From an uncultured virus (IMG/VR IMGVR_UViG_3300002835_000128) (Duplodnaviria > Heunggongvirae > Uroviricota > Caudoviricetes), in the IMG/VR virus record IMGVR_UViG_3300002835_000128: 64,000 nucleotides of DNA. One strand, 5' to 3'. Each line of letters begins with the position of its first letter. Position 1 is the stretch's first letter. The notes beneath the pieces were generated by a model. That model saw nothing but the letters and a program-made list of their open reading frames with translations, did no database searches and was not told the origin of the DNA. The translations under genes were made by a program, and so were the position numbers. Below are positions 56,273 through 64,000 of this stretch, piece by piece.

Positions 56273-56833
56273 CTAAAAGATATCGTCAGCGACACCCAAT
56301 TCTACAAGTTCATCAGCCGTAAGCCAAACATCAGTAGGACATAAAAGCTTACTTTTGATTGTTCTTGCATCCAACTCTGTACACTCTTCCAAGATTTTAA
56401 TCATTCTATTATTCACCAATTCATTTTCACGAATTGATGCTTTAAGGTCATGGTATTTTCCGGAATGTTCATTACTAAACTGATGGCATAAAATAGTTGT
56501 ATTTTTACCAATCAATCTTTTTCCTTTATGACCAGCTGCAAAAATCAAAAATGCAGAAGAGCAAACAGAACCTATTCCAATAGTTGTAATAGGATTGTTA
56601 GATTTTTTCATAACTTCAATTAAAGCAAAAGCGTCTGGCAAATTGCCTCCGTTGGAATTAATCATCAATTGAAGTTCTTTATTTGTACCAGAAAGATTCT
56701 CATGTATTATCCACTTTATCACTTCGGCTGTGTTTTGTTCATCTATATCGCCGTAAAGATAATGTATGTGATTTTTTAAAAGAGTGTTTTGAATTTTTTC
56801 CACAACACCTATCGAATCATCATCCTTTTTCAT
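56273..56833 (-). CDS. clpP: ClpP-like protease subunit
   Basis: INSNGG; G.G...S.A..I..AG.KG.R; HQ; D.WL.A.E..E.G..D; Ser/His/Asp triad positions present. Confidence 0.8.
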   Translation of the reverse strand: MKKDDDSIGVVEKIQNTLLKNHIHYLYGDIDEQNTAEVIKWIIHENLSGTNKELQLMINSNGGNLPDAFALIEVMKKSNNPITTIGIGSVCSSAFLIFAAGHKGKRLIGKNTTILCHQFSNEHSGKYHDLKASIRENELVNNRMIKILEECTELDARTIKSKLLCPTDVWLTADELVELGVADDIF

Positions 56834-57773
56834 TTTTGTGCCAAAGTCTCGCCGTTTGAATTATGTCGGTTAAAGTATATTTTGGTTGATATTGAATAGT
56901 TTGTTCTGCTAACGATATGTCGGCTACTAACCTGGGAGGGTCGCCTGGGCGGCGAGAGTGAAAATTGATTTTTATGTTTTCTTTTGTAAGTTCTTTTACC
57001 TTGTTTACTACTTCCAAAACGGATTGACCTTTACCTGTTCCTAGGTTCATAGTAATTGAATCTTTTCCTTCAAAAAGGTATTCAGCCGCTTTCAAATGCG
57101 CTGTTGATACATCGTTTACATGCACATAATCACGAATACAGGTCCCATCTGGTGTATTGTAATCGTTTCCATATATCTTAATCATATTTAGATTTTGCAA
57201 TATTTTTGGAATCAGATGTGTTTCTGGTTCGTGATCTTCACCTATTAAACCAGATTCATCAGCGCCAGCTAGATTGAAATATCTGAATATCACATGTTTG
57301 ATGTCTGAATTTCGAATTGATATTTCTGAGCAGTATTTACTAGCCGCATAGGGATTGTTATCTGGATTTAGTGGAGATTTTTCAGTGAGTGGTTCTTCAC
57401 TCGATCTGTACAATCCAGCAGTTGATGAATAAATTATTTTATCGACTTTGAAGTTTCTCATCACCTCTAAAACGACAGAGGTTCCTGCAGCGTTGTTTAA
57501 AAAATACTTTGATGGAAAAGAAACGGATTCTGCTATGTCTATTAAACCAGCAAGGTGAAAAACCACATCAACATCTGGAGCCAACCAGAAAGAATGAGTT
57601 AATTCCTTTTTGTTACAAACATCACCGCAAAAGGAATGATTCCAGTATGGATGGGTAGGTTTCTTAATATCAAAAACGGAAACAGTCCATCCATTTTCAA
57701 TTAACATCTTGCATAGATGAGAACCAAGATAACCGAAACCTCCGGTCACGAAAGCAGATTTTGATTTAGCCAT
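56820..57773 (-). CDS. galE: UDP-glucose 4-epimerase
   Basis: TGG.GY.GSH; V.HLAG....ES; YAASK; RYFN.AGA; PETHLIP; DGTCIRDYVHV. Confidence 0.85.
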   Translation of the reverse strand: MAKSKSAFVTGGFGYLGSHLCKMLIENGWTVSVFDIKKPTHPYWNHSFCGDVCNKKELTHSFWLAPDVDVVFHLAGLIDIAESVSFPSKYFLNNAAGTSVVLEVMRNFKVDKIIYSSTAGLYRSSEEPLTEKSPLNPDNNPYAASKYCSEISIRNSDIKHVIFRYFNLAGADESGLIGEDHEPETHLIPKILQNLNMIKIYGNDYNTPDGTCIRDYVHVNDVSTAHLKAAEYLFEGKDSITMNLGTGKGQSVLEVVNKVKELTKENIKINFHSRRPGDPPRLVADISLAEQTIQYQPKYTLTDIIQTARLWHKNEKG

Positions 57774-58263
57774 CACGTTCAGATAATATTGGATGTTTTA
57801 TCGGCCAGTATATTCCATATCTATCATCGTTCCACTTGATGGTAAACTGTGTTGACCTTTCATAATGAGCGTCCAGTTTATAACTGAATACACATTCATC
57901 AGACATTACCAAATGAGCATTACCACATCCAGGTGGAACTAAAACTTGGTGTTTGTTTCGATCTGATAAAGTAAAAGATATCCATTGATTGAATGTTTTG
58001 GAATCTTCTCTTTTATCAAGAACAACAAAGTAAATAGTTCCATACAAGCACGATATCAATTTAGTTGTTCTAGAATCTCCATGAATGCCACGAAGCACAT
58101 GTTTACGAGAAGTTGAAATACTATCTACCACAAAAGATTCTGTTATACCATCATGATGATATTCAAACTTATTGAACGATTCAAAGTTTGTGCCACGAAA
58201 ATCTTCATGCACAACTGGCTTAATTAATTTAACACCAGATATTTCAGTATCTTCAACTATCAT
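57766..58263 (-). CDS. rmlC: dTDP-4-dehydrorhamnose 3,5-epimerase-like protein
   Basis: D.RG...ESF; S...VLRG.H; KL..C..G.I..V..D.R..S; VPPG....H; I.WND....I.WP....ILS..D. Confidence 0.8.
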   Translation of the reverse strand: MIVEDTEISGVKLIKPVVHEDFRGTNFESFNKFEYHHDGITESFVVDSISTSRKHVLRGIHGDSRTTKLISCLYGTIYFVVLDKREDSKTFNQWISFTLSDRNKHQVLVPPGCGNAHLVMSDECVFSYKLDAHYERSTQFTIKWNDDRYGIYWPIKHPILSERDG

Positions 58264-59012
58264 TTCAAAATTCTTAGACCAGGAGCAATCTCTACCTTAG
58301 TGTAATTACTTTCTTTTTTCCAAGGAAAATCTTCTCCATATTTTTCTTGCATAACAGAATTTCCGTTGTCGAAAAATTCTTTATTTACAGAATTAGGATT
58401 TCCATCTAAACGATAACACAAAGAATGTTTATTTGTGCAATCATATCGGGTGAAGTGTGTTTTTAATGTTTGGAAAAACTGTCTATCGGCGCCCCACTGG
58501 CCGTACCAAGCATGCCCAATCCTAACAGCAACATCACGACGAATAGCAAAACTTGAGGTATCAATATGGAATACCGAATCATTAAAATATACAGGCCATT
58601 TACCAAGCGATTCACAGTTGTCCTCACAAATGTAGTTACCATCTTTATCATAGATTTTTCTTAAAGAGTATGCCCAGTCATTTCCTTGTTGAATCTTCTG
58701 TACAAGGTTCTCAACATGATTAGGCTCGATCCAATTGTCCTCATCGAGATAACATATAACATCAGCATTAACAAGAAAGCTACATGCAGCATATACACGA
58801 TGACCATACCAACCTTTTCCAACATTTTCTTCAAGACGGATCGTTTTGATCTTTGATGCGCCTTCAAGTTGATGCCAAATTTTACTTTCATATTCTCTAC
58901 CATCAAGAAAAAGATAATGAACTAAATCTTCATGTGTTTGCGAATCAACAGATTGAATACAATCACTTAGTGTCTTTGCTCCGATTGTTGGAGTTACTAC
59001 TGCTACTTTCAT
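58260..59012 (-). CDS. Glycosyltransferase family 2
   Basis: V.TPT.G...L..CI.SV..Q; YLDEDNW; IDT. Confidence 0.75.
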   Translation of the reverse strand: MKVAVVTPTIGAKTLSDCIQSVDSQTHEDLVHYLFLDGREYESKIWHQLEGASKIKTIRLEENVGKGWYGHRVYAACSFLVNADVICYLDEDNWIEPNHVENLVQKIQQGNDWAYSLRKIYDKDGNYICEDNCESLGKWPVYFNDSVFHIDTSSFAIRRDVAVRIGHAWYGQWGADRQFFQTLKTHFTRYDCTNKHSLCYRLDGNPNSVNKEFFDNGNSVMQEKYGEDFPWKKESNYTKVEIAPGLRILK

Positions 59013-59112
59013 TTTTCACCTTTTTACCAAAAATTTTATCCCAGTTATCGTTGAATTTTTCACGGGGTATTTCAATAGGTCTAGGTTTTGAACCTTTTCC
59101 ACCATCATTCAT
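58963..59112 (-). CDS. 49-aa microprotein MNDGGKGSKPRPIEIPREKFNDNWDKIFGKK...
   Basis: Translated by hand; GAGG SD; GKGS.PRP...NWD.IF pattern. Confidence 0.55.
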   Translation of the reverse strand: MNDGGKGSKPRPIEIPREKFNDNWDKIFGKKVKNESSSSNSNNRSKDTK

Positions 59113-59545
59113 TCCATTTCCTCAATAACCAAGATGATGAATTTCTTTTGTCACTGCCACCAACTCCATATACAAACTTAACTCCCTGAACTTTTATTTC
59201 TGCATTGTTCGATTCGTTTCTATCTCCACCATTTGCAAAAATGATTTCTAAAGGAATATAAATCGGCATAATTTTTTTGTAGTGTCCCATAACCGATTCG
59301 ATTAATTCACAAGCGCTATCGTCAGAATCATCAAATTCCCACACTTCATCAATCCATTTGATTGATTCTAGAACAACTTTTCTTTCTTTTAGTGGCATGA
59401 ATGGTTTACCTTTTTTGCGGGTTAACCATTCATCTGAATTTACACCAACAATGAGTTTGTCACCAAGACCAGCTGCCTCACGAAAAAGTGCTATGTGGCC
59501 AGAATGTACAGGATCAAAACCACCAGAAACAATGACAATTTTCAT
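59105..59545 (-). CDS. Cytidylyltransferase-family nucleotidyltransferase (TagD/RfaE-like)
   Basis: SGGFDP.HSGH; GVNSD.WL.RKKG; FANGGDR; K.NSSS. Confidence 0.85.
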   Translation of the reverse strand: MKIVIVSGGFDPVHSGHIALFREAAGLGDKLIVGVNSDEWLTRKKGKPFMPLKERKVVLESIKWIDEVWEFDDSDDSACELIESVMGHYKKIMPIYIPLEIIFANGGDRNESNNAEIKVQGVKFVYGVGGSDKRNSSSWLLRKWNE

Positions 59546-59546
59546 T

Positions 59547-59969
59547 TTATTTTCCGTATGCTTCTTCTAAGATTTTTTCGGTGAGAAATTTAATACTCAA
59601 ATCTTTCTTAATCATCTTAACCAAGAGAATTGCTTCATCTTTGTGTAAAGATTCCAGTAAGACAAGAATATCTTGTGTTTGTTTTTTCCCAGTATAACCA
59701 GCCGGCCTTTTTGGATGATTCTTGATAAACTTGTATAGTTTTGGAACTTCGATATGTAGGTAAGAATAATTCAGACCAGCGGGTTCTGGCGCCGGCCTGT
59801 ATTTTTCTGGTAAAACAACATCAAACTCTATTTGTGGGTCGAAACAATATCTAAGAAATTCACGGAACCTTTCGTGACCATATTCTCTCAATACTGCAAT
59901 TTTATCCGCTCGAGTTTTAGCTTCATCAAACTCTTGTAGGATTTCGGTATATAATTTATTTTTTAGCAT
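59547..59969 (-). CDS. Conserved T4-like phage hypothetical protein
   Basis: EIL...K...L...FD....F.LP; LLESLH..EA..L; directly downstream of rnh. Confidence 0.65.
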   Translation of the reverse strand: MLKNKLYTEILQEFDEAKTRADKIAVLREYGHERFREFLRYCFDPQIEFDVVLPEKYRPAPEPAGLNYSYLHIEVPKLYKFIKNHPKRPAGYTGKKQTQDILVLLESLHKDEAILLVKMIKKDLSIKFLTEKILEEAYGK

Positions 59970-60817
59970 TAGAATTCATCAATCACTTCAATTAAGTTTT
60001 TTAGGCGGTTTTCAATCATGTAGGTCATGAACCTCTGTTTAGAATTAGCCTTTGTGTTTTCAAAGCTATCTAGTATCGATTCTTTCAGACTTCCGGGTAT
60101 TTTAGTTAAATCAATTAGCGTTTCATTACGTGAAAAATTACGAAGCATTTCTTCATTACAAAAATCTACTGGTGCTTGATTCATCCACTTGATAATTTTT
60201 TCCTCAGTAATTGGTCGTTGTCGGCCACCAGAAACAAAAACATCATCGTTTGAGAGAATGTTTGGAATACCATCACCTTTATCACCACGAATAATCAATT
60301 GTTTAAGTTGTGCGGCAGGAAAGGGTTCTTTGATATATTTTTTCAGAATAGGAGAAAATTGTTCAACATTAGGAAACTTTTGTAGTTGAGCAAAATCCTT
60401 ATCTGAAGAAAGAATCATAACTTTCTGTGAAGCAGAATATTTCATCGTCAAAACAGCAATGATATCATCCGCTTCGCATGTATCAACATCAATCACTTTG
60501 TATGGAGAATAATCTTTTAGCTCTTGTTTGATTTTGGCAAGACAGTCAAAGATCGTAGCCCAATCGTGACCAGATGATTCACGAATTTTTTTTCTACTTG
60601 CTTTATAATTAGGAAAAATCTCACGGCGCCAGTATTTTTTGTTGTCGCAGGCAATGACAACTTCTGGCCCATGAGATTCTTTGAACTTTTTTACATAAGT
60701 TCGAATGGTATTCAAAATCATGTGGCGAACAAGGTTCTCTTCAACTTGTGTTTTTGAGGAACCAATCTGTTCCATGAGATTGGAAATTGCAACTTGGTTG
60801 AAATCGAAAATTATCAT
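59969..60817 (-). CDS. rnh: T4-type RNase H (5'-3' exonuclease)
   Basis: RHMILN.IR; YWRR..FP.YK..R; EADDII; SSDKDF.QL; GDKGDGIPN. Confidence 0.92.
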   Translation of the reverse strand: MIIFDFNQVAISNLMEQIGSSKTQVEENLVRHMILNTIRTYVKKFKESHGPEVVIACDNKKYWRREIFPNYKASRKKIRESSGHDWATIFDCLAKIKQELKDYSPYKVIDVDTCEADDIIAVLTMKYSASQKVMILSSDKDFAQLQKFPNVEQFSPILKKYIKEPFPAAQLKQLIIRGDKGDGIPNILSNDDVFVSGGRQRPITEEKIIKWMNQAPVDFCNEEMLRNFSRNETLIDLTKIPGSLKESILDSFENTKANSKQRFMTYMIENRLKNLIEVIDEF

Positions 60818-60857
60818 GAGGAAATTATATCACTATTTTAATGATAAAGAGGCAATA

Positions 60858-61289
60858 TTATTCGTATGTTTTTTTATGTATTTCTGTTATTAGATTGTAT
60901 ATAAACCCATGATCTAATTCGGTAGAATTGTTATCTTCAAATGGGATAACTTCCACTTCATCGTTTTCTAAATCGTACCAAGCCCAAATGCAAACTTCTT
61001 CCTTTGGTCTATGTATCAGAGCCCAAGGAGTTAGTTCATGTGGTGGAAACTCTTCCGTCAAAGAATTCTTATGTATAAAAACGGCAAAAGACATCATATT
61101 TGGATTCGAGTTTTCTTCGTTGGTATCTTCATCATATCCGTAACCATCAAATATGATTTTGACACCAAATGGAGAAAACCCAGAATCATCACCAGGTTCA
61201 AACCATTCACCATCCATCGTATTGTAAAAGTAACGAACCCACTCTTCAATCATCGGAGAATAGTCACGTTCATCATCAAGATATATCAT
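60858..61289 (-). CDS. Acidic hypothetical protein
   Basis: 143 aa ORF with GGAG SD. Confidence 0.6.
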   Translation of the reverse strand: MIYLDDERDYSPMIEEWVRYFYNTMDGEWFEPGDDSGFSPFGVKIIFDGYGYDEDTNEENSNPNMMSFAVFIHKNSLTEEFPPHELTPWALIHRPKEEVCIWAWYDLENDEVEVIPFEDNNSTELDHGFIYNLITEIHKKTYE

Positions 61290-62141
61290 TTAAATCTCCA
61301 CGTATTTTAGTTTAAATTCATCAGCACGAGCTTCATAGTTTATGTATCCTCTTGGATTACAAACAATGCGGGTTGTGCCAATCATGTAGTCGAAACTCTC
61401 ATGCGTATGGCCATGAGTCCATAATTTAATCTGCCTACGGTCAAGAATATACTCATCCAAATTGCTACTGTATGCACCATTTACGATAAACTCACTTTTG
61501 TATCGAGGATGTGTACTTGCTTTACTCGGAGCATGGTGGCCACAAACAACAACAGGCAAATTAGGATTCAATTCTAAAATCTCATCCAGTTTACTGAGAA
61601 AAGCTTTATGGTCTTCCACAGAATCCTCTGGTATGAAATTGATATAATCCTTATCATCAGTTTTAATACCATTTTTAACACAATTAAAATCGTTCATTGT
61701 AAAACGAATCTGTGCAAGTGTAATTGGATCCTCACGGTTCATATCAGTCCATAATGTACCACCAAAGAAAAGAATACCATTAATGATAGTCCATTCTTTG
61801 TCTAGGAAATACACATTGTGAAGATCACCAAAAGTCCCACGAATAGTCTTAGCACTTTTCTGAAAGTCTCCATGATAATGTTCATGGTTACCCATGATAA
61901 GAATTACATGAGGGAATCTTTCCGAACAACGAACTACAAAATCATAATATTTTTTTGCACGTTCACGAACACTTTGTGTTGCAGGAATAATTGCACTTTC
62001 GTATTCATCATATACGAAATCGGTTAGCTCAGAGGCAATTAAAATATCTCCACTCAGAACCAATACATCAGCACCCTCATCATTATGAAAGTCTAAATCT
62101 CCAAATTCCAAATGAAGGTCGGAACAGACAGCGATTTTCAT
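61290..62141 (-). CDS. Calcineurin-like metallophosphoesterase
   Basis: SDLHLE; GD; GNHEHY; HHAP; HGHTH; NPRGY. Confidence 0.9.
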   Translation of the reverse strand: MKIAVCSDLHLEFGDLDFHNDEGADVLVLSGDILIASELTDFVYDEYESAIIPATQSVRERAKKYYDFVVRCSERFPHVILIMGNHEHYHGDFQKSAKTIRGTFGDLHNVYFLDKEWTIINGILFFGGTLWTDMNREDPITLAQIRFTMNDFNCVKNGIKTDDKDYINFIPEDSVEDHKAFLSKLDEILELNPNLPVVVCGHHAPSKASTHPRYKSEFIVNGAYSSNLDEYILDRRQIKLWTHGHTHESFDYMIGTTRIVCNPRGYINYEARADEFKLKYVEI

Positions 62142-63220
62142 TTGCTTACCTTTAATAAAATAGTATCTTCGTTTATTCTTCCAGTCAAAGCAGAAGGAAC
62201 AGCTTTGATTCCGTCAATTACATTCCGAAGAAAAACTTTACCACCAGACATAACCTCTGGTATCGTCACTTCGGGTTTTCTAAGCTTTTTCTGAATAGAT
62301 TTTGTTTCGTTAAAATTTTGTATCGTGGAACCTTTTACAGTTAAACCACCAGCATCTTCTGCATGATAACAACCTAGTTTTCTTGTTTTCGTATTATACA
62401 CCCAAAGTTGCATAACACCAACAATCAATTTAGGTTCAACAGATTTAATCTTTAATTCTTCAAACTCAGCACAATACTTCATTTTACCGACAAGCTGTTC
62501 AGCAGTTTTTACTTTTCTCTTTCGAGGCTTTCTAGTCTTAGCTGCTTCACCAGTAACTTTACCACAATCTAGAATAATTTGGTCACAATAAGCAATTAGC
62601 TTCTTTAATTGTGTTTTTGTGAAGTTAGAATAACCTTCTTTTAAATCCTTATCATCGGTATTCATCACTTCATCAAATTCATTTCTTTTTTTCTTGAACT
62701 CTTCAAGAATCATTTTAACATGAACCGATTTTATATCAAGGGTGTTCATCACAGCATAAGGTGAAACATTTGCTTTAAAATCTGTTTCGATTAATTGATC
62801 GATTTGTGATTCCAACTCAGCAATACATTCAGAAGATTTTTCTTTTATTCGGTCTTGAATGGTCACTTTATTTGAATCATCGACCTTGACAATTACCTTA
62901 ACTTTATTTTGTTCAAGTTTTTTCTTTACACTTTCAACCTCATCCTGAAACCAATTTCTGTATTGAATTGGTAATTCGCCCCCATTCAAAAGTATTCTAC
63001 AAACAAAACCAAAAGTTGGAGATTTTCCATCTAAAGCATCTTCAGCATTTAGTTTTAATTTTTTCTTAAAATAGTCCGAAGCATATTTGTATGAATCTTT
63101 TGTAACTTTATTTTGAGCATACCAAGATAAAGTTTTCATTAAGTCCAAATTAGTGAGCTCACCATTGAACTTTGGCTCATTACCTGCAAAAACAGAATTA
63201 GCATCCAATATTCTAGCCAT
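62138..63220 (-). CDS. Conserved T4-like phage hypothetical protein
   Basis: EGYS; LWVYNTKTRKL..Y; VKG.T...F....S..K.LRKP; GRIN...ILL. Confidence 0.7.
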   Translation of the reverse strand: MARILDANSVFAGNEPKFNGELTNLDLMKTLSWYAQNKVTKDSYKYASDYFKKKLKLNAEDALDGKSPTFGFVCRILLNGGELPIQYRNWFQDEVESVKKKLEQNKVKVIVKVDDSNKVTIQDRIKEKSSECIAELESQIDQLIETDFKANVSPYAVMNTLDIKSVHVKMILEEFKKKRNEFDEVMNTDDKDLKEGYSNFTKTQLKKLIAYCDQIILDCGKVTGEAAKTRKPRKRKVKTAEQLVGKMKYCAEFEELKIKSVEPKLIVGVMQLWVYNTKTRKLGCYHAEDAGGLTVKGSTIQNFNETKSIQKKLRKPEVTIPEVMSGGKVFLRNVIDGIKAVPSALTGRINEDTILLKVSK

Positions 63221-63488
63221 TTTTATTTCCTATAATGTCCGAAAAAGAAAAGTTTTTGCCTTGTTTGAGTAAACATATGCCATCATCGGTTTCAATATAT
63301 TTGTGAGATAAAGCCCTGGCAACATCCATAGCATCCGAGAGGCTATCATGAACCTCTGCATTTCCAAAGCAATCTTTTACACCTTCGCCTTCTAACTCTC
63401 CAAAAAGATTAACAAATTCGTAATATTTCTTGGAGTAAATTACCCTGTATCCGTCTAATGTTTCTAAAATGTAAATACCGTCTGACAT
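63213..63488 (-). CDS. Hypothetical early protein
   Basis: GGAGGAG SD; promoter upstream. Confidence 0.6.
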   Translation of the reverse strand: MSDGIYILETLDGYRVIYSKKYYEFVNLFGELEGEGVKDCFGNAEVHDSLSDAMDVARALSHKYIETDDGICLLKQGKNFSFSDIIGNKNG

Positions 63489-63511
63489 TACTCCTCCACA
63501 AAAGAATTACA

Positions 63512-63540
63512 ATAATAACACACTCCAACGGGTTTGTCAA
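63512..63540 (-). promoter_or_regulatory. Sigma70-type promoter TTGACA-17-TATTAT
   Basis: -35 at 63535-63540, -10 at 63512-63517; heads the minus-strand operon. Confidence 0.65.
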
Positions 63541-63600
63541 CCTTGTTTTTTTGATACTTTAGATAAATAGTGGTTGTTATCAACCCTTTAACAGGAAGAA

Positions 63601-63672
63601 ATGTACCACAAAAAGCGGGCAGTTTTCCCCCTTTTTGTTATGCAACATATCGCCTTTCTAGGGAGGCGATAA
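63601..63672 (+). CDS. 23-aa upstream ORF MYHKKRAVFPLFVMQHIAFLGRR
   Basis: Late box ATAAATA at 63563-63569; AGGA SD; TAA abuts the next TTG start. Confidence 0.5.
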   Translation: MYHKKRAVFPLFVMQHIAFLGRR

Positions 63673-64000
63673 TTGGATCCACTAACACTATTTGCACTGG
63701 CAAACGGTGCGGTCGCTGCTGTCAAAAAAGGTTGCGAGCTATACAAAGAAATAGCTAGCGCAGCAGGTGACGTAAAGGGTGTCCTCAAAGACCTAGAAGA
63801 GCAGTTTAACTCCCGCCATAAAGATAATCCTCCAACAGTTGCTGAGCGAAATCAGTACATCGAAGAAAAAAATCGAGTAATAGAATTAAGCAAGCAGCAG
63901 CCTAATGATATTTACACAACCATTGGTGAAGAGCTTGGTGTTTATTTTGAAAATTATGCCAAATGTACCGCCATCTTTGAAGAAGAAGAAAAAAACGCAC
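63673..64000 (+). CDS. Partial ORF MDPLTLFALANGAVAAVKKGCELYKEI..., helical, function unknown
   Basis: TTG start with GGAGG SD; open to the window end. Confidence 0.7.
   Translation, partial: MDPLTLFALANGAVAAVKKGCELYKEIASAAGDVKGVLKDLEEQFNSRHKDNPPTVAERNQYIEEKNRVIELSKQQPNDIYTTIGEELGVYFENYAKCTAIFEEEEKNA

Noticed and set aside
56273..56833. ClpP as the prohead protease
   Set aside because: Not next to portal or capsid genes; T4-like phages use gp21 for head maturation
1..64000. Stop-codon reassignment
   Set aside because: Standard code gives full-length, densely packed genes; TAA, TAG and TGA all end genes at expected positions

Overview
A 64 kb segment of a large T4-like myophage genome; the host is probably a betaproteobacterium, inferred from the tmRNA tag ANDERYALAA. 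Region 1-19.5 kb (minus) is an unusually modular tail-fibre/appendage region with paralogous stalk, adaptor, Gly-rich or beta-propeller tip and chaperone genes. Region 19.5-37.1 kb (minus) holds a large structural protein and baseplate genes (gp8, gp7, gp6, gp25, PAAR, gp5, hub, gp53, gp48). Region 37.1-42.3 kb (plus) holds gp4, gp2, gp54-like, gp26, gp51 and a tape-measure-like protein with a GH24 lysozyme domain. Region 42.3-63.5 kb (minus) holds replication, transcription and accessory genes (gp32, gp59, gp33, DsbA, SleB-like hydrolase, exonuclease, ClpP, GalE, RmlC, GT2, cytidylyltransferase, RNase H). Main observations: (1) a probable programmed -1 frameshift fusing gp26 to gp51 just before the tape measure, like the lambda G/GT chaperones; (2) a circularly permuted two-piece tmRNA gene; (3) a repeated terminal-peptide/adaptor grammar suggesting a branched, plug-and-socket fibre assembly system, plus a GGTF daisy chain; (4) several cis elements, including RBS-occluding hairpins, a uORF, a CA-rich leader, an 18-bp palindrome beside early promoters and a DnaA box in the gp32 leader. 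All family calls come from motif recognition and synteny; no database search was run.
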